Below are positions 12,230 through 24,947 of a DNA stretch of 64,000 nt, in pieces (positions within the stretch are counted from its first letter, which is position 1; each line of letters starts with the position of its first letter). The stretch is from assembly GCF_963921235.1 (NCBI RefSeq), contig NC_086097.1:240190001-240254000 (forward strand). The letters run 5' to 3'. The notes under the pieces are model-generated. The model saw only the letters and a list, made by a program, of their open reading frames with translations. It was not told the origin of the DNA and ran no database searches. This DNA is from Mobula hypostoma (Eukaryota). The position numbers and the translations under genes were made by a program.

Positions 12230-12520
12230 GACCCATCTCCCTCTCTTCTCACTATTACCATCGAGTAGGAGGCGCAGGAGTTGTGGGTCCAACGCTGCCA
12301 ATTTTGGGAGTAGTTGTTGCCCTGCAGCCACCGGGCTCCAGGACTGGCTTCACTCACCTCAGCAATGAGCTGAGTCTGCAGATGTGGACCCTGCAGAGAG
12401 GTTTCTCATGAATTCTATTGTGCTTCTTTGTTTTGCGGGAGTCTGCAAGAAGATAAATCTCAAGGTTGTATATGGTACACATACTTTGATAATAAAGTTG
12501 AACTTGAAACTTTGAACTTT
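12230..12520 (+). mobile_element. Rex1-type 3' fragment with (TTTGAAC)-type tail
   Basis: LFSLLPSSRR motif. Ends GATAATAAAGTTGAACTTGAAACTTTGAACTTT. Confidence 0.7.
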
Positions 12521-12764
12521 AAGACACTGTAGAAAGCTTTGTCTGTACTATTGCTCCTGTAATAGTCCATTATGAATCTATTATAAATATTTTTCCTGCT
12601 CTCATAAAAAGAGTATGATGCATCAAAGTACGTATACTATATACAACCTTGAGATTCATCTTCTTGCATCAGGTTCCTGGTCAAAAAGTTTCATTCTTTG
12701 CAGTCAGAAAGTAATTTCTTTCTATACTATTTTCATATTGTGAATACTAATTTGCTAATACAAT

Positions 12765-13035
12765 GGGACATAGTTGTAATGTGATTGGAGGAAAGTGCAG
12801 GAAGAACGTCCGAAGTATGTTCTTTACACAGATGTTGGTGAGTGTGTGGAATGCCCTGCCAGGGGTGGTGGTAGAGACAGGTACATTAGGGCATTTAAGA
12901 AACTCTTTGATAGGCACATCGAATAGAGAAAAACAAAGGGATGTGTAAGAGGAAAGAGTTAGATTGATCTTAGAGTTGGTTACAACATTGTACCTGAACT
13001 GTACCATAACATTTTATTTTCAGTGTTCTACATTC
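12765..13035 (+). mobile_element. Decayed CR1 3' fragment
   Basis: GHS..V.GGK...FFTQ..V.VWNALP..VVE motif (ORF 12763-12948). Confidence 0.75.
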
Positions 13036-13749
13036 TAAATTGCATTAGATATCTGTTAAATTTCATTGACCGCAGACAGGAAGTATTTTCTTTGCATACT
13101 TGTTTTGTATATTGTGAATGCTATCTCCTAGAGTATTGAAGTTGGGCTCATGCAGATCTCATGGGCTCATGTTGCTTATTTCTATTTTAAAGATGCCTTT
13201 TTGCACATAGTTTTACAAAGGATTCCATGGCCGCATGACCTTTCTGTTAAATTCAACGTTTCTTACTAAATCGGTAATAAAAAAATTATTATACTTTGGG
13301 AATTTCATCCCTGGTGTATATCAGTGAGCATGTTATACAGTTAAGTTTGTGTAATGTGCTCTGCATCAGAAGGCAATGGAATGAATTTCAAAGGGAGAGT
13401 GAAGTGCACTGCCTCTACTTTACAACATGCGTGGGACTACCAAGTGGGGACGAAGCTCTACTGAGTTTCAACAATTGACAGTAATCGCTGTATCAGTGCC
13501 AGGGGCACTCCAGAAGACTCAGATGAATCAATCACCTGGGAGTGTTGGCTGAAGATTTTATAAGTGATTTACAAACTGTTTCTCAGTCCCTAACCAGACC
13601 ATCCGTAATTGTTTTTTTTAAACTAGTTGTTCATGAGATGGAGGCAACATTCATTGAGCTAACATTTATTTTCTAACCCTAACTGCTTTGGGAGAGAGTG
13701 GGGGTGAATTGTTTTCGTCAATCACTGCTGTCTAAGTACTGGATATGTG

Positions 13750-14055
13750 CCATATAAGACAATAAGACATAGGAACAAAAATAGACCAGTTGGACCAGTG
13801 AGTCCACTCTGCCATTCAATCATGGCTGATTTATTATCCCTCTCAACCTCATTCAACTGCCTTCTCCCTGTAATTTTTGACATCCTTACTAATCAAGAAC
13901 CTATCAACCTATGACTTCTTGTTCATCCATGGCAATGAATTCCACAGATTCACCGGCCTCTGGCTGACGAAATTCTTCATCATCATTCTGTCCTAAAGGG
14001 ACATCCTTGCATTATGAGGCTGTACCTTCTGGTGCTAGACTCCCACACTCCTAGA
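13750..14055 (-). mobile_element. CR1 3' fragment inserted in an older decayed LINE remnant (~13625-14200)
   Basis: ATAAGAC-type tail at ~13755 and the same 3' UTR as 1831-2160. Confidence 0.75.
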
Positions 14056-14272
14056 TATTAGTGACTGGACTTTGACTCAGTGGAGAAAGAAGGACAGTAA
14101 AATGTTTCCATCTCATTATGGTGACTCGCTTTGGAGGGAATTTGCAAATTACAGTAGTTCCATTTATCTGCTGCCCTTATCTTATCCACAAAGACAGTGG
14201 ATACGGAATCTTTGTCAATCATTATCATTACAAAAATATTTCAACTGAATTTATAATGAAGGTAATATATTA

Positions 14273-14608
14273 TCCTCCAAGAGGACCAGAACTATGTTGT
14301 AGGGTTTGGAGGCTTGTACCCTCAATGATCTAGAGAGCTATGTTGGCTGGAGTTAGGGCTTTATGTTTTGGCTCTTGGTAGGGTCACCCATGTCAAACAG
14401 GTCTAAAGGTAGAGGCCAGACTAAAAGTGGTCCACCAGTTCTCCAGTTTTGGCAGGGGGTAGGGTTCAGCTCAGGGCTGACAACCAAAAAAATATGTTAT
14501 GGAAACAGCAATGAAGAATCTGTCTATATTTATGTGTGATAGTATATGGCCCAGGACCGAGAAAGATGGAGGACATTAAAACCAGTGGCATAACAGGCAG
14601 TAACCTAA
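14273..14608 (+). mobile_element. Non-autonomous RTE-related element (5' UTR-like part joined to a short 3' end)
   Basis: GGTAGGGTCACCCATG.CAAACAGGTC resembles RTE/Expander-type 5' UTRs. Ends in an RTE-like GAAAGATGGAGGAC...GGCAGTAA tail. Family call from memory. Confidence 0.45.
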
Positions 14609-14629
14609 GATATTATACAAATGAATTTC

Positions 14630-15030
14630 TGCATGCCTTATAAAGATAGGTTGAGCGAGTCAGGGCTTTTCCCTTTGGAATGAAGGAGGATGAGAGGTGA
14701 CTTGAAAAATGTTAGCAAGGTAATGAGAGGCATAAATTGAATGGATAGCCAGAGACCTTTTCCCAAAGCAGAAATGACCAATACAAAGGGGCATATCTTT
14801 GATGTGTTTGAGAGAAAGTATAGGCAGGATCAGAAGTAAGTTCTTTACACAGAGAGTGGTGGGTGTATGCCATGGATGGTAGTAGATTCATTAGGGGCAT
14901 TTAGGAAACTCTTTGATAGGCACATGGATGTAGGAGGGAGGAATTTGATTGATCTTACAGTAGGTTGAAAAATCAGCACAACATCATGGGCTGAAAGGCT
15001 TCTACTGTGCTGTAGAGTTCTATGTTATGA
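14630..15030 (+). mobile_element. Decayed CR1 3' fragment
   Basis: RRMRGDL, FFTQRVV and GGGCTGAAAGGC...TGTGCTGT..TTCTATG 3' end. Confidence 0.75.
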
Positions 15031-15059
15031 GTTGTGTAGGTAAATAAATGGTGTAGATA

Positions 15060-15510
15060 AGATTTGATATGTCACAAAAGACTCTAGCAAATGTCTGCAG
15101 AAGTACCGTGGAGAGCATTCTGACGCCTTGCATCACTCTCTGGCATGGAGAGGCCACTGCACAGGATCAGAGTGTTGTAGGCCCAGTCAGCTTCATCACG
15201 GACACCACTGAGGACCTTAAATCTCAAGGTTGTATATGGCAACATACTTTGATAACTCATGAGCTTTGAACTTTGAACTTTGATTTTCAAAGGTGGTGTC
15301 TTAAGCAGATGGCATCCATCATTAAGTGCTCTTCCCTTCCGGGACATGCCCTCTTCTATCAGAGAGGAGGTACAGGAACTTGAAGACATGCATACAATGT
15401 TTCGGAACAGCTTCTTCCCCTTCGCCATCAGATTTCTGAACATTCTATGAACCCATGAACTCTTCCTGATGTTCTTGTACTATTTTTTAAATTTATATTT
15501 TGTATTATAG
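15060..15510 (+). mobile_element. Rex1-type 3' fragment containing a ~70 bp (TTTGAAC)n-tailed tip at ~15215-15282
   Basis: TLANVCRSTVESILTPCITLWHG (ORF 15069-15269) and FRNSFFP.AIRFLN. Confidence 0.7.
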
Positions 15511-15955
15511 TGAGGTGAGGGCCTGCCGGCAGTCAAAGTTGACCATGGATATTGCGTCCTAGCTGCCTAGATACAAAAGCCTGGAAACGATGATATGGAG
15601 AACAAGCTGTTGGCCATGTAGCAAGCTCCCCCTCTCCACACAGCTGATGATACAGTTCGGTACCAGCAGCATCGCAAGAGTTGCCAGTCAGCATTGAACT
15701 CAATGTAGGACTTCCTTAGGGATTCCAGCTCCAGATTTTTCCCTCAGGGTTTACTCTTGAAGCCTTCCCCATGACTGGGTATAGCCACAAGGCAGCAGAG
15801 GTTTGAGACCAAAGCTTTCCTTCTCCAAGAAGAGCTGCCAACCAAGGCTGAGGAGCCCCATCAGCCCGGTGGCTGGTGCTAGCAACCCACCTTTGCCCCT
15901 TCTCCTGTCAGTAGAGATGGTTCCGCTGAGCTTAGTAGCTGAGCCACACATGAAC
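15510..15955 (-). mobile_element. Probable non-autonomous RTE-related element
   Basis: GC-richer repeat-like block without a usable ORF. Resembles RTE-clade 5' UTR sequence (GACAGGAGAAGGGGCAAAGG, GTAAACCCTGAGG). Confidence 0.4.
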
Positions 15956-16049
15956 TCCAGACATCGATAAGGATCAATGGGATCTCTGGAGCTCTGTCTT
16001 TGTGTTACCTTTAGCTCTTGAGCTTTGCATGCTCTCTATACTGAGGTAT

Positions 16050-16885
16050 ATGGGGTGCTCAGGGAGGGGTAGCAACTTTGGTGAGGGGGCTTATTGTGTT
16101 CATTCTGGGGCAACTCACTCACTTCTGGTCCCCACCAGACATACAGCTCTCACCTGTGGCTTCAAGTAGCTGTTGCATGCGACAGCGGCCACACTCCCAT
16201 CCACCACTTTGACAGGTGGGCTAGACAAGGTGAGGGTAGCCAGTGGACATCATACCCTGACGGGATAGGGACATGACTGTCCTTGCATGTGAAGTCAGCT
16301 GTGGCAAACTGTCAGTAAGCTCTGAGATCAACACTGAAATCCAACAGACAGCAAGGTGGTTCTGAAACGTTTCATAGAAACTGAAGTGTATGACCAGACA
16401 TGAAAGTAGCCAAGGTCATCCAGAACAACTGAGGAAGACCCTGGAGTTGACAACAACTCATACTGCTGGACCCAGACTTCTGAGGTCAAGAGAGTGAAGC
16501 TACTCCAGTGCCATGGCATTTCCACATTAAAATCTCTCCTGCACAACTTTCCCTTTAGAACAAGAATTTCCCTTTAGAACAGAAATGATGAGAAGGAATT
16601 TCTTCAGCCAGAGGGTGGCAAATCTGTGGAATTCCTTGCCACAGGTGGCTGAGAAGTCATTAGATATGTTTAAAGCAGAGGTTGATAGGTTCTTGATTAG
16701 TAAGGGGGGTGTCAGAAGTTATGGGGAGAAGGTAGTAGAATAGGGTTGAGAGGGATAAAAAAATCAACCATGATCAAATGGCGGAGAAGACCTGATAGGC
16801 CAAATGGCCTAATCTGGCTCCCAGGTCTTAAAATCTTATGGTTCTATAGTCTTCTTCAACTGTCATCATTGGGACAGACAAATAA
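16050..16885 (+). mobile_element. Non-coding interspersed repeat (RTE-like), interrupted near its 3' end by a CR1 3' fragment (~16550-16850)
   Basis: 16050-16550 aligns co-linearly with 21240-21710 (GGTAGCA.CT.TG.TGA.GGGGCTT, CACCTGTGG, GGTGAGGG.AGCC). The CR1 insert has PFRTEM.RNFFSQRV and a CTTATGG tail. Confidence 0.65.
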
Positions 16886-16924
16886 TCAATCAATCATACT
16901 GTTAACATGAATGTACTCTTTAAG

Positions 16925-17730
16925 ATTCAAGATTTTTTATTGTCATTCTTCAATATACAAGTGTAAAGTACAACTAAATGATTGTTACTCCAGCTCCAAT
17001 GCAACTTAAAAAAAAACAAAATAAGCAGAAAGAGCACAATAAACACCATAATAAACATAAGAACATAAGAAATAGGAGCAGAAGAAGGCCATCTGGCTTG
17101 TCGAGCCTGCTCCGCCATTCAATAAGTTCATGGCTGATCCGGCCATGGATTTATCTCTAGCTACCTGCTATTTCCCCATAAATCTTAATTCCCCTACTAT
17201 GCAAAAATCTATCCAACCTTGTTTCAAATATATTTACTGAGGTAGCTTCCACTGCTTCAGTGGGCAGAGAATTCCACAGTTTCACCGCTCTTTGGGAAAA
17301 GCAATTCCTCCTCATTTCCATACTAAATTTACTCCCCTGAATCTTGAGGCTAGGTCCCCTAGTTCTAGTCTCACCTACCAGTGGAAACAACGTTTCTGAC
17401 TCTATCTTATCTATCCCTTTCATAATTTTATATGTTTCTATGAAATCTCCTCTCATTCTTCTGAATTCCAGCAAGTACAGTCCCAGATGACTCAATCTCT
17501 CCTCATAGTCTAACCATCTCACCTCTAGAATCAATCTGGTGAACCTCCTTTCCACTGCTTATATACAGCTTATATACATATACTGATTGTCTCTACATAA
17601 AGTGGCTCCAGGTACAGGAGTATCTGTATGTAAGGTGACTTTGACAGGAAATGGGTGGACGTGTTTGTCAGCCTGAAGTAATGTTTTTGTTGAGTTTGAT
17701 GGTTCTGATGTAGATGCTGCGTAGCTTCAC
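16925..17730 (-). mobile_element. Rex1-type 3' UTR fragment split by a CR1 insertion
   Basis: Flanks of the CR1 match the 3' UTR at 6480-6770. Confidence 0.65.
17055..17558 (-). mobile_element. CR1 3' fragment
   Basis: ORF 17157-17555 (RRFTRLI...YEERL..LGLY.LEFRRMRGD). (CTTATGTT)n tail. Confidence 0.95.
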
Positions 17731-17964
17731 CAGAAAAACACCACCTGTTCAGGTAGACCTGCTATCACTTCATCTTCAGTCTTCATTTTACCCCTGTTCA
17801 TTCCTGGTTTGGTGTTAAGGGCAGAATGCAGAGTTAGCGAGAACGTGCAGAAACCAGTTGCTGTTGGCCTATAGCATCTTAGCTTCTGAGATGCCAAATC
17901 AGTTCTTCATCTAAAAAGCAAAATACCACAGTTGCTGAGATGCTGGAAATCTGGGAAAACAAAA

Positions 17965-19018
17965 CATAAGACCATAAGACAAAGGAGCAGAAGTAGGCCA
18001 TTCGGCCCATCGAGTCTGCTCTGCCATTTTATCATGAGCTGATCCATTTTATCCTATTTAGTCCCACTGCCCCACCTTCTCACCATAACCTTTGATGCCC
18101 TGGCTACTCAGATACCTGTCAATCTCTGCCTTAAATACACCCAATGACTTGGCCTCCACTGCTGCCCGTGGCAACAAATTCCATAGATTCACCACCCTCT
18201 GACTAAAAAAATTTTTCATATTTCTGTTCTGAAAGGGCGCCCTTCAATCCTGAAGTCATGCCCTCTCGTACTAGACTCCCCCATCATGGGAAACAACTTT
18301 GCCACATCCACTCTGTCCATGCCTTTTAACATTCGAAATGTTTCTATGAGGTCTCCCCTCATTCTTCTAAACTCCAAGGAATACAGTCCAAGAGCGGACA
18401 AACGTTCCTCATATGTTAACCCTCTCATTCCCGGAATCATTCTAGTGAATCTTCTCTGTATCCTCTCCAACGTCAGCACATCCTTTCTTAAATAAGAAGA
18501 CCAAAACTGCCCACAGTACTCCAAGTGAGGTCTCACCAGCGCCTTATAGAGCCTCAACATCACATCCCTGCTCCTATACTCTATTCCTCTAGAAATGAAT
18601 GCCAACATTGCATTCGCCTTCTTCACTACTGACTCAACCTGGAGGTTAACTTTAAGGGAATCCTATACGAGGACCCCCAAGTCCCGTTGCATCTCAGAAC
18701 TTTGAATTCTTCCCCCATTTAAATAATAGTCTGCCCATTTATTTTTTCTGCCAAAGTGCATAACCATACACTTTCCAACATTGTACTTCATTTGCCACTT
18801 CTCTGCCCATTCTTCCAATCTATCCAAGTCTCTCTGCAGACTCTCCATTTCCTCAGCACTACCGGCCCCTCCACCTATCTTCGTATCGTCAGCAAACTTA
18901 GCCACAAAACCATCTATTCCATAATCCAAATCGTTGATGTACAATGTAAAAAGAAGCGGCCCCAACACTGATCCCTGTGGAACACCACTGGTAACCGGCA
19001 GCCAACCAGAATAGGATA
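17965..19018 (-). mobile_element. Young CR1 LINE, 5'-truncated at [10 protein letters not shown], inserted in a short PLE-derived remnant
   Basis: Near-intact ORFs 18663-18968 (LGPLLFTLYINDL..KFADDTKIGG) and 18216-18626. (CTTATGGT)-type tail. Flanks GATGCTGGAAATCTG...|AATGCTG..ACTCAG are PLE terminal sequence. Confidence 0.95.
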
Positions 19019-19124
19019 ATGCTGAGTTGACTCAGATCAGACATTGAAGCATAGTTGAACATTCAAGACAATGACTTTTCATCATTGCTATAGAAAGTTA
19101 GTTGCTACACTTAAAACAATGTGC

Positions 19125-19472
19125 TTGCCTCAAATGGCAGGTTAGCATAATGCTTTATCGCACCAGCGATCAGTGATCAGTGTTCAATTCCCACGCCTGT
19201 CTGTAAGGAGCTTGTACATTCTCACTGTGACCATATGGGTTTCCACCGAGAGTTCGGGTTTCCTCCAAGAGCTCTGGTTTCCTCCCACATTTTAAGGACA
19301 CACGGGTTAAAGGTTAGTTGGCTGTTGGCTTGGCACCAGAAACACGATGAGAGTTGAGGGCTACCTCAAGCACAATACTCAGACTGTATTGGTCATTCAC
19401 ACAAACTATGCAAATCACTGTGTGTTTTGATGCTTCAGTTTACATGTAACAAATAAATCTAATCATTTCTCT
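19125..19472 (+). mobile_element. tRNA-derived V-SINE-type SINE, tail type B
   Basis: GGTTAGC A-box remnant, GTTCAATTCC B box, V-core TGTAAGGAG.TTGTACATTCTC...GGTTTCCTCCCAC. Tail CATGT.ACAAATAAA.CTAATC is shared with 25810-26105. Confidence 0.75.
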
Positions 19473-19494
19473 TTAAAAGTTATATGGATGATCC

Positions 19495-20420
19495 TTAGAA
19501 CATAGAATATTACAGCACAGTACAGGTCCTTTGGTCCATGATATTGTGCCTACCTTTTAACATTCTCTAAGATCAATCTAACCCTTCTCGCCACATAGTC
19601 ATCCACTTTTCCTTCACCCACATGTCTAAGAGTCTCGTAATTGTCCTTAATGTATCTGCCTCTACCACCACTCTTGGAAGTGCATTCTGTACACCCACCA
19701 CTCTCTCTGTAAAAATCTACCTTTAACATCCTCCCTATACTATTCTCCAAACACCCTGAAATTATACCTCTTCATATTAGCCATTTTTGCCCTTGATGTT
19801 CACTCTATCTATGCCTCTTTTCACCTTGTACATCTCTGTCAAGTCACCTCTCAGCCTCTTTCACTCTAAAGAGAAAAGCCTTAGCTCATTGAACCAGTGA
19901 ATTGCATAGTTTGTACCGTAATAAGACCATAAGATATAGGAGCAGAATTAGACCATTTGGCCCATTGAGTCTGCTCCACCATTTCATCATGGCTGACCCA
20001 TTTCCTTCTCAGCCCCAATCTCCTACCTTCTCTCCATAACCCTTCATGCCCTAACTAATCAAGAATCAATCAATTAAGTATATCCAATGACTTGGCCTCC
20101 ACAGCTGCCTGTGACAATGAATTCCACAGATTCATCACTCTGGTTAAAGAACTTCCTTATCATCTCCATTCGAGACCTCTAGGCCAAGCCGCATCTGGGT
20201 AAATTTCCTCTGCATCCTCTCTAAAGAATCCACATCCTTCCTGTAATAAGGCTACAAACTCTCTATTCTGTTCTCAAGTTCAACTTTCCAAAATGAAACA
20301 CCTTACACTCTTCTGGACCGAACCGCATACACCACTTCTCAATAAGCAAATCCTTAGTTTTATGAAAGTTCTCTCTTCTCTTGCCAGCCCTCCAACATTG
20401 CACCAAAAAATAACTATGCT
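19495..20420 (-). mobile_element. Decayed CR1 (TTCTATG-tail family) containing a second CR1 3' fragment at ~19920-20170
   Basis: CATAGAA tail at 19497, EECKVFHFGKLN near 20290-20320, inner ATAAGACCATAAG tail at 19921. Confidence 0.75.
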
Positions 20421-20631
20421 GGTGCCTGTCCAAAATGATGTTTACTACATATCTGTATCCAAATTTCACAAGTAAGCCTTAGGGTCCTTATTTATTAAAT
20501 AAGGATCTTAATGGTTGTTTGCAGAATTTATTGCATGATCATTTTGTTCTGGAGCAGACATCATCAATATTGGTAGTTCTGAGGCAACAATGACCTTCAA
20601 GTTCAATTCAATTTCTTAACAAAGTATGTAT

Positions 20632-21170
20632 AAATTCAGTAACCACTTTATTAGGTACACCCAAATACCTGCTTGTTAATGTAAATATCTAATTAGCCAA
20701 CCATCTGACAGCAATTCAATGCACAAAAGAATGCAGAGATGGTCGGGATTCAGTTGTTCATTCCAACCATCAGAATGGAGAAGAAACACAATCTAAGTGA
20801 TTTTCACCGTGGAATGACCGCTGATGACAGACAGGGTATTTTGAGTATCGCAGAAACTGCTCAAATCCTGGGATTTTCACATGCAATAGTCTCTAGAGTT
20901 TACTGAGAATGGTGCATAAAATTTTAAAAAAACCTGGTGAGTGGCAATTCTATTTGCAAAAATACCTCGTTAATGAGAGAGGTCAAAGGAGAATGGCAGA
21001 CTGGTTCAAGTTGACAGGAAGGTGACAATAACTCAAATAACCACACATTACAACAGTGGTGTACAGAAGAGCATCTCTGAATGCACAAAACATTGATCAC
21101 TGAAGTGGATGGGGTACAGCAGCGGAAGACCACGGACATACACTCAGTGGCCATTTTATTATGTACAGAA
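20632..21170. mobile_element. Tc1-type MITE, opposite orientation to 57059-57602
   Basis: TIR CAGT..CCACTTTATTAGGTA at ~20637. Internal sequence is the reverse complement of 57090-57590. A further TIR copy lies at ~21139-21165. Confidence 0.8.
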
Positions 21171-21239
21171 GGTGACCTCTGAGTTCGTATCAGTATAGAT
21201 GACCTTGAGATGCATTTTCTTGTAATTATTATAGGAAAA

Positions 21240-21740
21240 TGGGGTGTATGGGGCATCCAGAGAGAGGTAGCACCTCTGATGAAGGGGCTTGATGGTTCCA
21301 TTCTAGGGCAGCTCAGTCACCTTTGGGCCCTACCTGACAGTCAGCCTTCACCTGTGGGGCCAAGTAGCTGTTTGCATGCAACAGTGGCCACACCTCAGTA
21401 CACTGCTTCCACAGGCAGGTGAAACCAGGTGAGGGAAGCCTGCAGACCTCTTACCCTAGTGAAATAGGGGCATGCATGTCCTCACATGTAAAGTCAACTC
21501 CTGCGGACTGGGTGAGAGAGGTCCACCAGCTGGTAAAACGGTTCTCCAGCACTTCGTGGAGAGCGAAGGGCATGACGAGGCACAGAAGAAGTCATGGTCA
21601 TCCACAGCAACCAAGGAAGACCCCAGTTGTGATGACTACTGGGAGGTTGATAGAATGGAACACCCCAGTGCAATGGCTTTTCCACTTTAGACACTCTCCA
21701 CCGCAAATCTCCTTTTGTTGTTGGATACAACCAACTAACA
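21240..21740 (+). mobile_element. Second copy of the non-coding RTE-like repeat at 16050
   Basis: Co-linear similarity with 16050-16550. Confidence 0.65.
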
Positions 21741-23066
21741 TTATAAGAAAACAATAGAATTTAAGAAAAACACTATATATAAACTAAAATTGACAAACAG
21801 CCAAAGTGCAGAAGAAGACAAATCATGCAAAACATAAAAAGGTAGAACAAAAATAACACGGAGCTGTCTATAAGCAAGCAGATAAGATGGGAAAAGTTCA
21901 CTGTTTTGTCTGAAGTCCCATCTCAGTTTACGTGCCTTGTCTTGTTTTCCCTCTCGTCCAACAGCAGGAAAAGTAGCACTCCTCCGATCAATGCTTTTCA
22001 GTCGTTTAACGTCTTCAAGATGTTTATATGTTCTCTGCAGTTTACCAAGCTGAGGGTGGCATTTTAAGCAACTTAACAAATTCTGCTGTAAAGTTTATGC
22101 ACATAAAGCTCCATAGTTATATAAAACAGAGGCAATAGATGTATTATTAGGTGGGAGTGATGATATAATATAGTAGGTGTTAAATTTTTGATCCAATGGA
22201 CATATGCTTATGCATTTTCTTCCATTTATCTTTACTGGATGAGGCAATAAAAGTCTCCTGGGCTGATTAGATGGTAAAGTTACAAACCTACATCTTCAAT
22301 CAACCTCCGGAGCTATTTCTTGCAAAAGACATTCCTGATGAAGATGTTATTGCTATTTTATTATATTTTGAGCATTCAGCAGCATTATAATAATGTGTGA
22401 AAGATTGAGGAATTGGAGAAATAAAATGTGGGGATGCTGCTTGCGATGTCATAATGCCTTCTTAAAATTACACATATTTCAGTTTCCTGACTCCAACTGC
22501 AGGCCATTTGTTCAGTAATGTAATTACGTGAATCAGTCGATGGGTAAGTGGAAATCACCATCATTCCTTTTATCAAAATAGAATTCAGTAGAAAATGCAT
22601 TTCACTATAATAAGGGTTATCGCAGCTGTTTGGTGATCAAATTTTACAATACGATTGCAACAACATCTGTGGGTGGTTTTAGGATGAAGATCAGACAACA
22701 GCAGGTAAACTGCAGTCCAGATTCTAATTGCCTGAGTCCTGCTATTAGATTAAGGTTGCACTATTCTTGCCAAGCACCATTTTATGTCTGGCCCCTCCTA
22801 TATCTGCTGGAGTCCAATTCAAATCTAAACATCATGCTCAGATGTTCCCTGATTTTTTTGTTTCAGACATTCAGGGGCTGGTTCACAGCATCCTGTTCTT
22901 GGGTAAACCTGAGCTGAAACAACCAAATAGCCTAATGTCCTTAAGAAAAGTATCAAGCACCAACTATTTTTTTCTCTTATAATCTTTCTTTTAAATAGGG
23001 GAACTGGAGTTTTTCATTTTCAACTTTGTTAGTTAGGTACGGTTATATTTATGCATAATCCAAATA

Positions 23067-23616
23067 TACTATAGTGTGCAAAAGTCTTAGGCATATATAT
23101 ATAGCTAGGGTGACTAAGACTTTTGCATGGTACTGTATTTGTCACCGAGGAGTGGAGAGCAAATTTTTAAATCTGGCGGGAGCAAAGGGTGTTGGGAATG
23201 ATGGGGATGGAATGCCACAGGAGGGGTGTGGGACAGGAGGCAGAGAAAGAGTGCCAGGGTGGGGGTGGGGGGAAGGGTGTGGTGCAGGTGCAGACACACC
23301 CAGCCTGAGACGCCAGGCAAGCTCATTTGATTCCAAACAATTGGTTTATTGATCATTACAGAATGTTCCTCTGGTGCTTCCCGTTCCTTACCCTTTTCCC
23401 AACTATGATTCTCAATTCCCCGTCCTCTTCCCCGCTCTCAGTCCACAAAAGAAACACATATTAGAATCAGGTTTATCATCACTCACATATGTCATGAAAT
23501 TTGTTTATTTTTGTGGCAGCAGTACAGAGCAATACATAAAATTACTACAGTAGTGTGCAAAGGTCTTAGACACCCCTGCTATTTATGTGTATCTAGGACT
23601 TTTGCACAGTTCTGTA
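23067..23616. mobile_element. Composite Tc1-type MITE with ~70-bp self-palindromic ends
   Basis: 23067-23137 and 23546-23616 each read GTGCAAAAGTCTTAG...CTA.GACTTTTGCA...CTGTA and are inverted copies of one another. TA termini. Confidence 0.8.
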
Positions 23617-24698
23617 AAATATAATGAGGGCTGACTTTCTCCCTCTGAGTCATGGAATTTTCTCATTTCTCATCCTCTTTTAATATCAGATTTCAGCAAT
23701 TGCTCTGATGTGCATTTTCCTGCTTTAAAATGTCACAATGCAAATTCCATTACCCAACACCCAAGATCAAAGTTAAACTTCATATTCAAAATAACTTTAT
23801 TATCAAAGTACATATAGGTCACCATATACAACCTAGAGATTCATTTTCTTGTGGGCATTCACAGATTCTCACAACCGTCCTCATCCCCTCTTGGAATCAG
23901 ATTTCAACAATAGCTCTATTGTGCACTTTGTCACTCCAAGATTTCCCAATGTTATTTCTGCCGCACGACCCCCAATATCACTAAGTAATCGATTAAGAAG
24001 AGGCTTCATAAACATTGGGAGCACCTTGGAAATCTGGCTTTATCCTGTCAGAGATACCCCCTTTAGTTCTGTCCATTCTTCCTGCAACACTAACACGTTT
24101 ATCAATGTTCCCTGTTCAGGCAATGGGTCTTCAGCCTGAAACTTGGTTTCTATTTCCACAGATGCTGCACAACCTGGTGAGCATTTCCATAATTTTCTGT
24201 TTTTGTTTGACATAGTTCTAGCATCTGCATTTTTGTTTTCATTTTCGTTCTCACAGGATGTTCCGTAGAATTTGCCAATGAACTCTCCTTGGGAACTGTT
24301 ACTTTCTGCTGGAAGTGTCAGGACCTGAGAATGATGCAATTGCTGTGGTGATGAGGAAAGTCTTCTTCTCTGAAAGGAGCCAAGAATAGGCTTGGTTTAG
24401 CAAATACCAAACCAAACAGGCCTTGCCAGCTACAGTGCATGTTCGGCAGGCACTTACAATTTTGTAGTCATGAAATATTATATCACTAGATATTGAACCA
24501 GAGAATGTATATTCTTGGGTTTACTCAGTTCCAAATTGCATTCAGAATATGGAAGCTCTACTTGCAGGAATGCAATTTGGTGTTAGGGTGCATTATGGAG
24601 TTATGGTATATAGCAAATATTATTTTCAACAGCAACTGATCTTCGGACTTGAACGTGGATTGCAGGTTGAATTGTCCTGCTGTTACCTTTGAACTTTA

Positions 24699-24947
24699 CT
24701 ACTACTACTACTACAATGTCGACTCGGGCACGATGACGGACTCTCCACTTCTCCCTCTCCCTCATCAGTGTGTTCAGTTCATCTACATTAGCCGCGCTGC
24801 TGTCTTCTAGGAGCATGTTGACCATAGTCTTGGGAGGGCGCCCAGGGTTCATCCTCCCGTGCTTGGGCTCCCATATGATGACTAGGCTGGCAGGTAGCTC
24901 GGGGTGGCGTAGACAGTGCCCCGCTAGTTGCAGTCTTCTTGCCTCGA
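24699..24947 (-). mobile_element. Young 5'-truncated RTE-clade LINE with (GTA)n tail and 11-bp TSD
   Basis: Uninterrupted RRLQLAGHCLRH...W.P..G...GRP.KT...ED...M..RE.WR C-terminus. (TAC)n at 24698-24714. TSD TTTGAACTTTA at 24688-24698 and 24948-24958. Confidence 0.9.

Noticed and set aside
22683..22704. 22-nt microexon-like segment, and a 17-nt one at 53088-53104
   Set aside because: Neither preserves frame and the first has a poor pyrimidine tract. Not supportable without RNA data.
24230..24350. Strong-looking splice acceptor TTTTGTTTTCATTTTCGTTCTCACAG
   Set aside because: The tract adjoins a decayed PLE terminal remnant (~24110-24235), and no convincing donor follows before stop codons.
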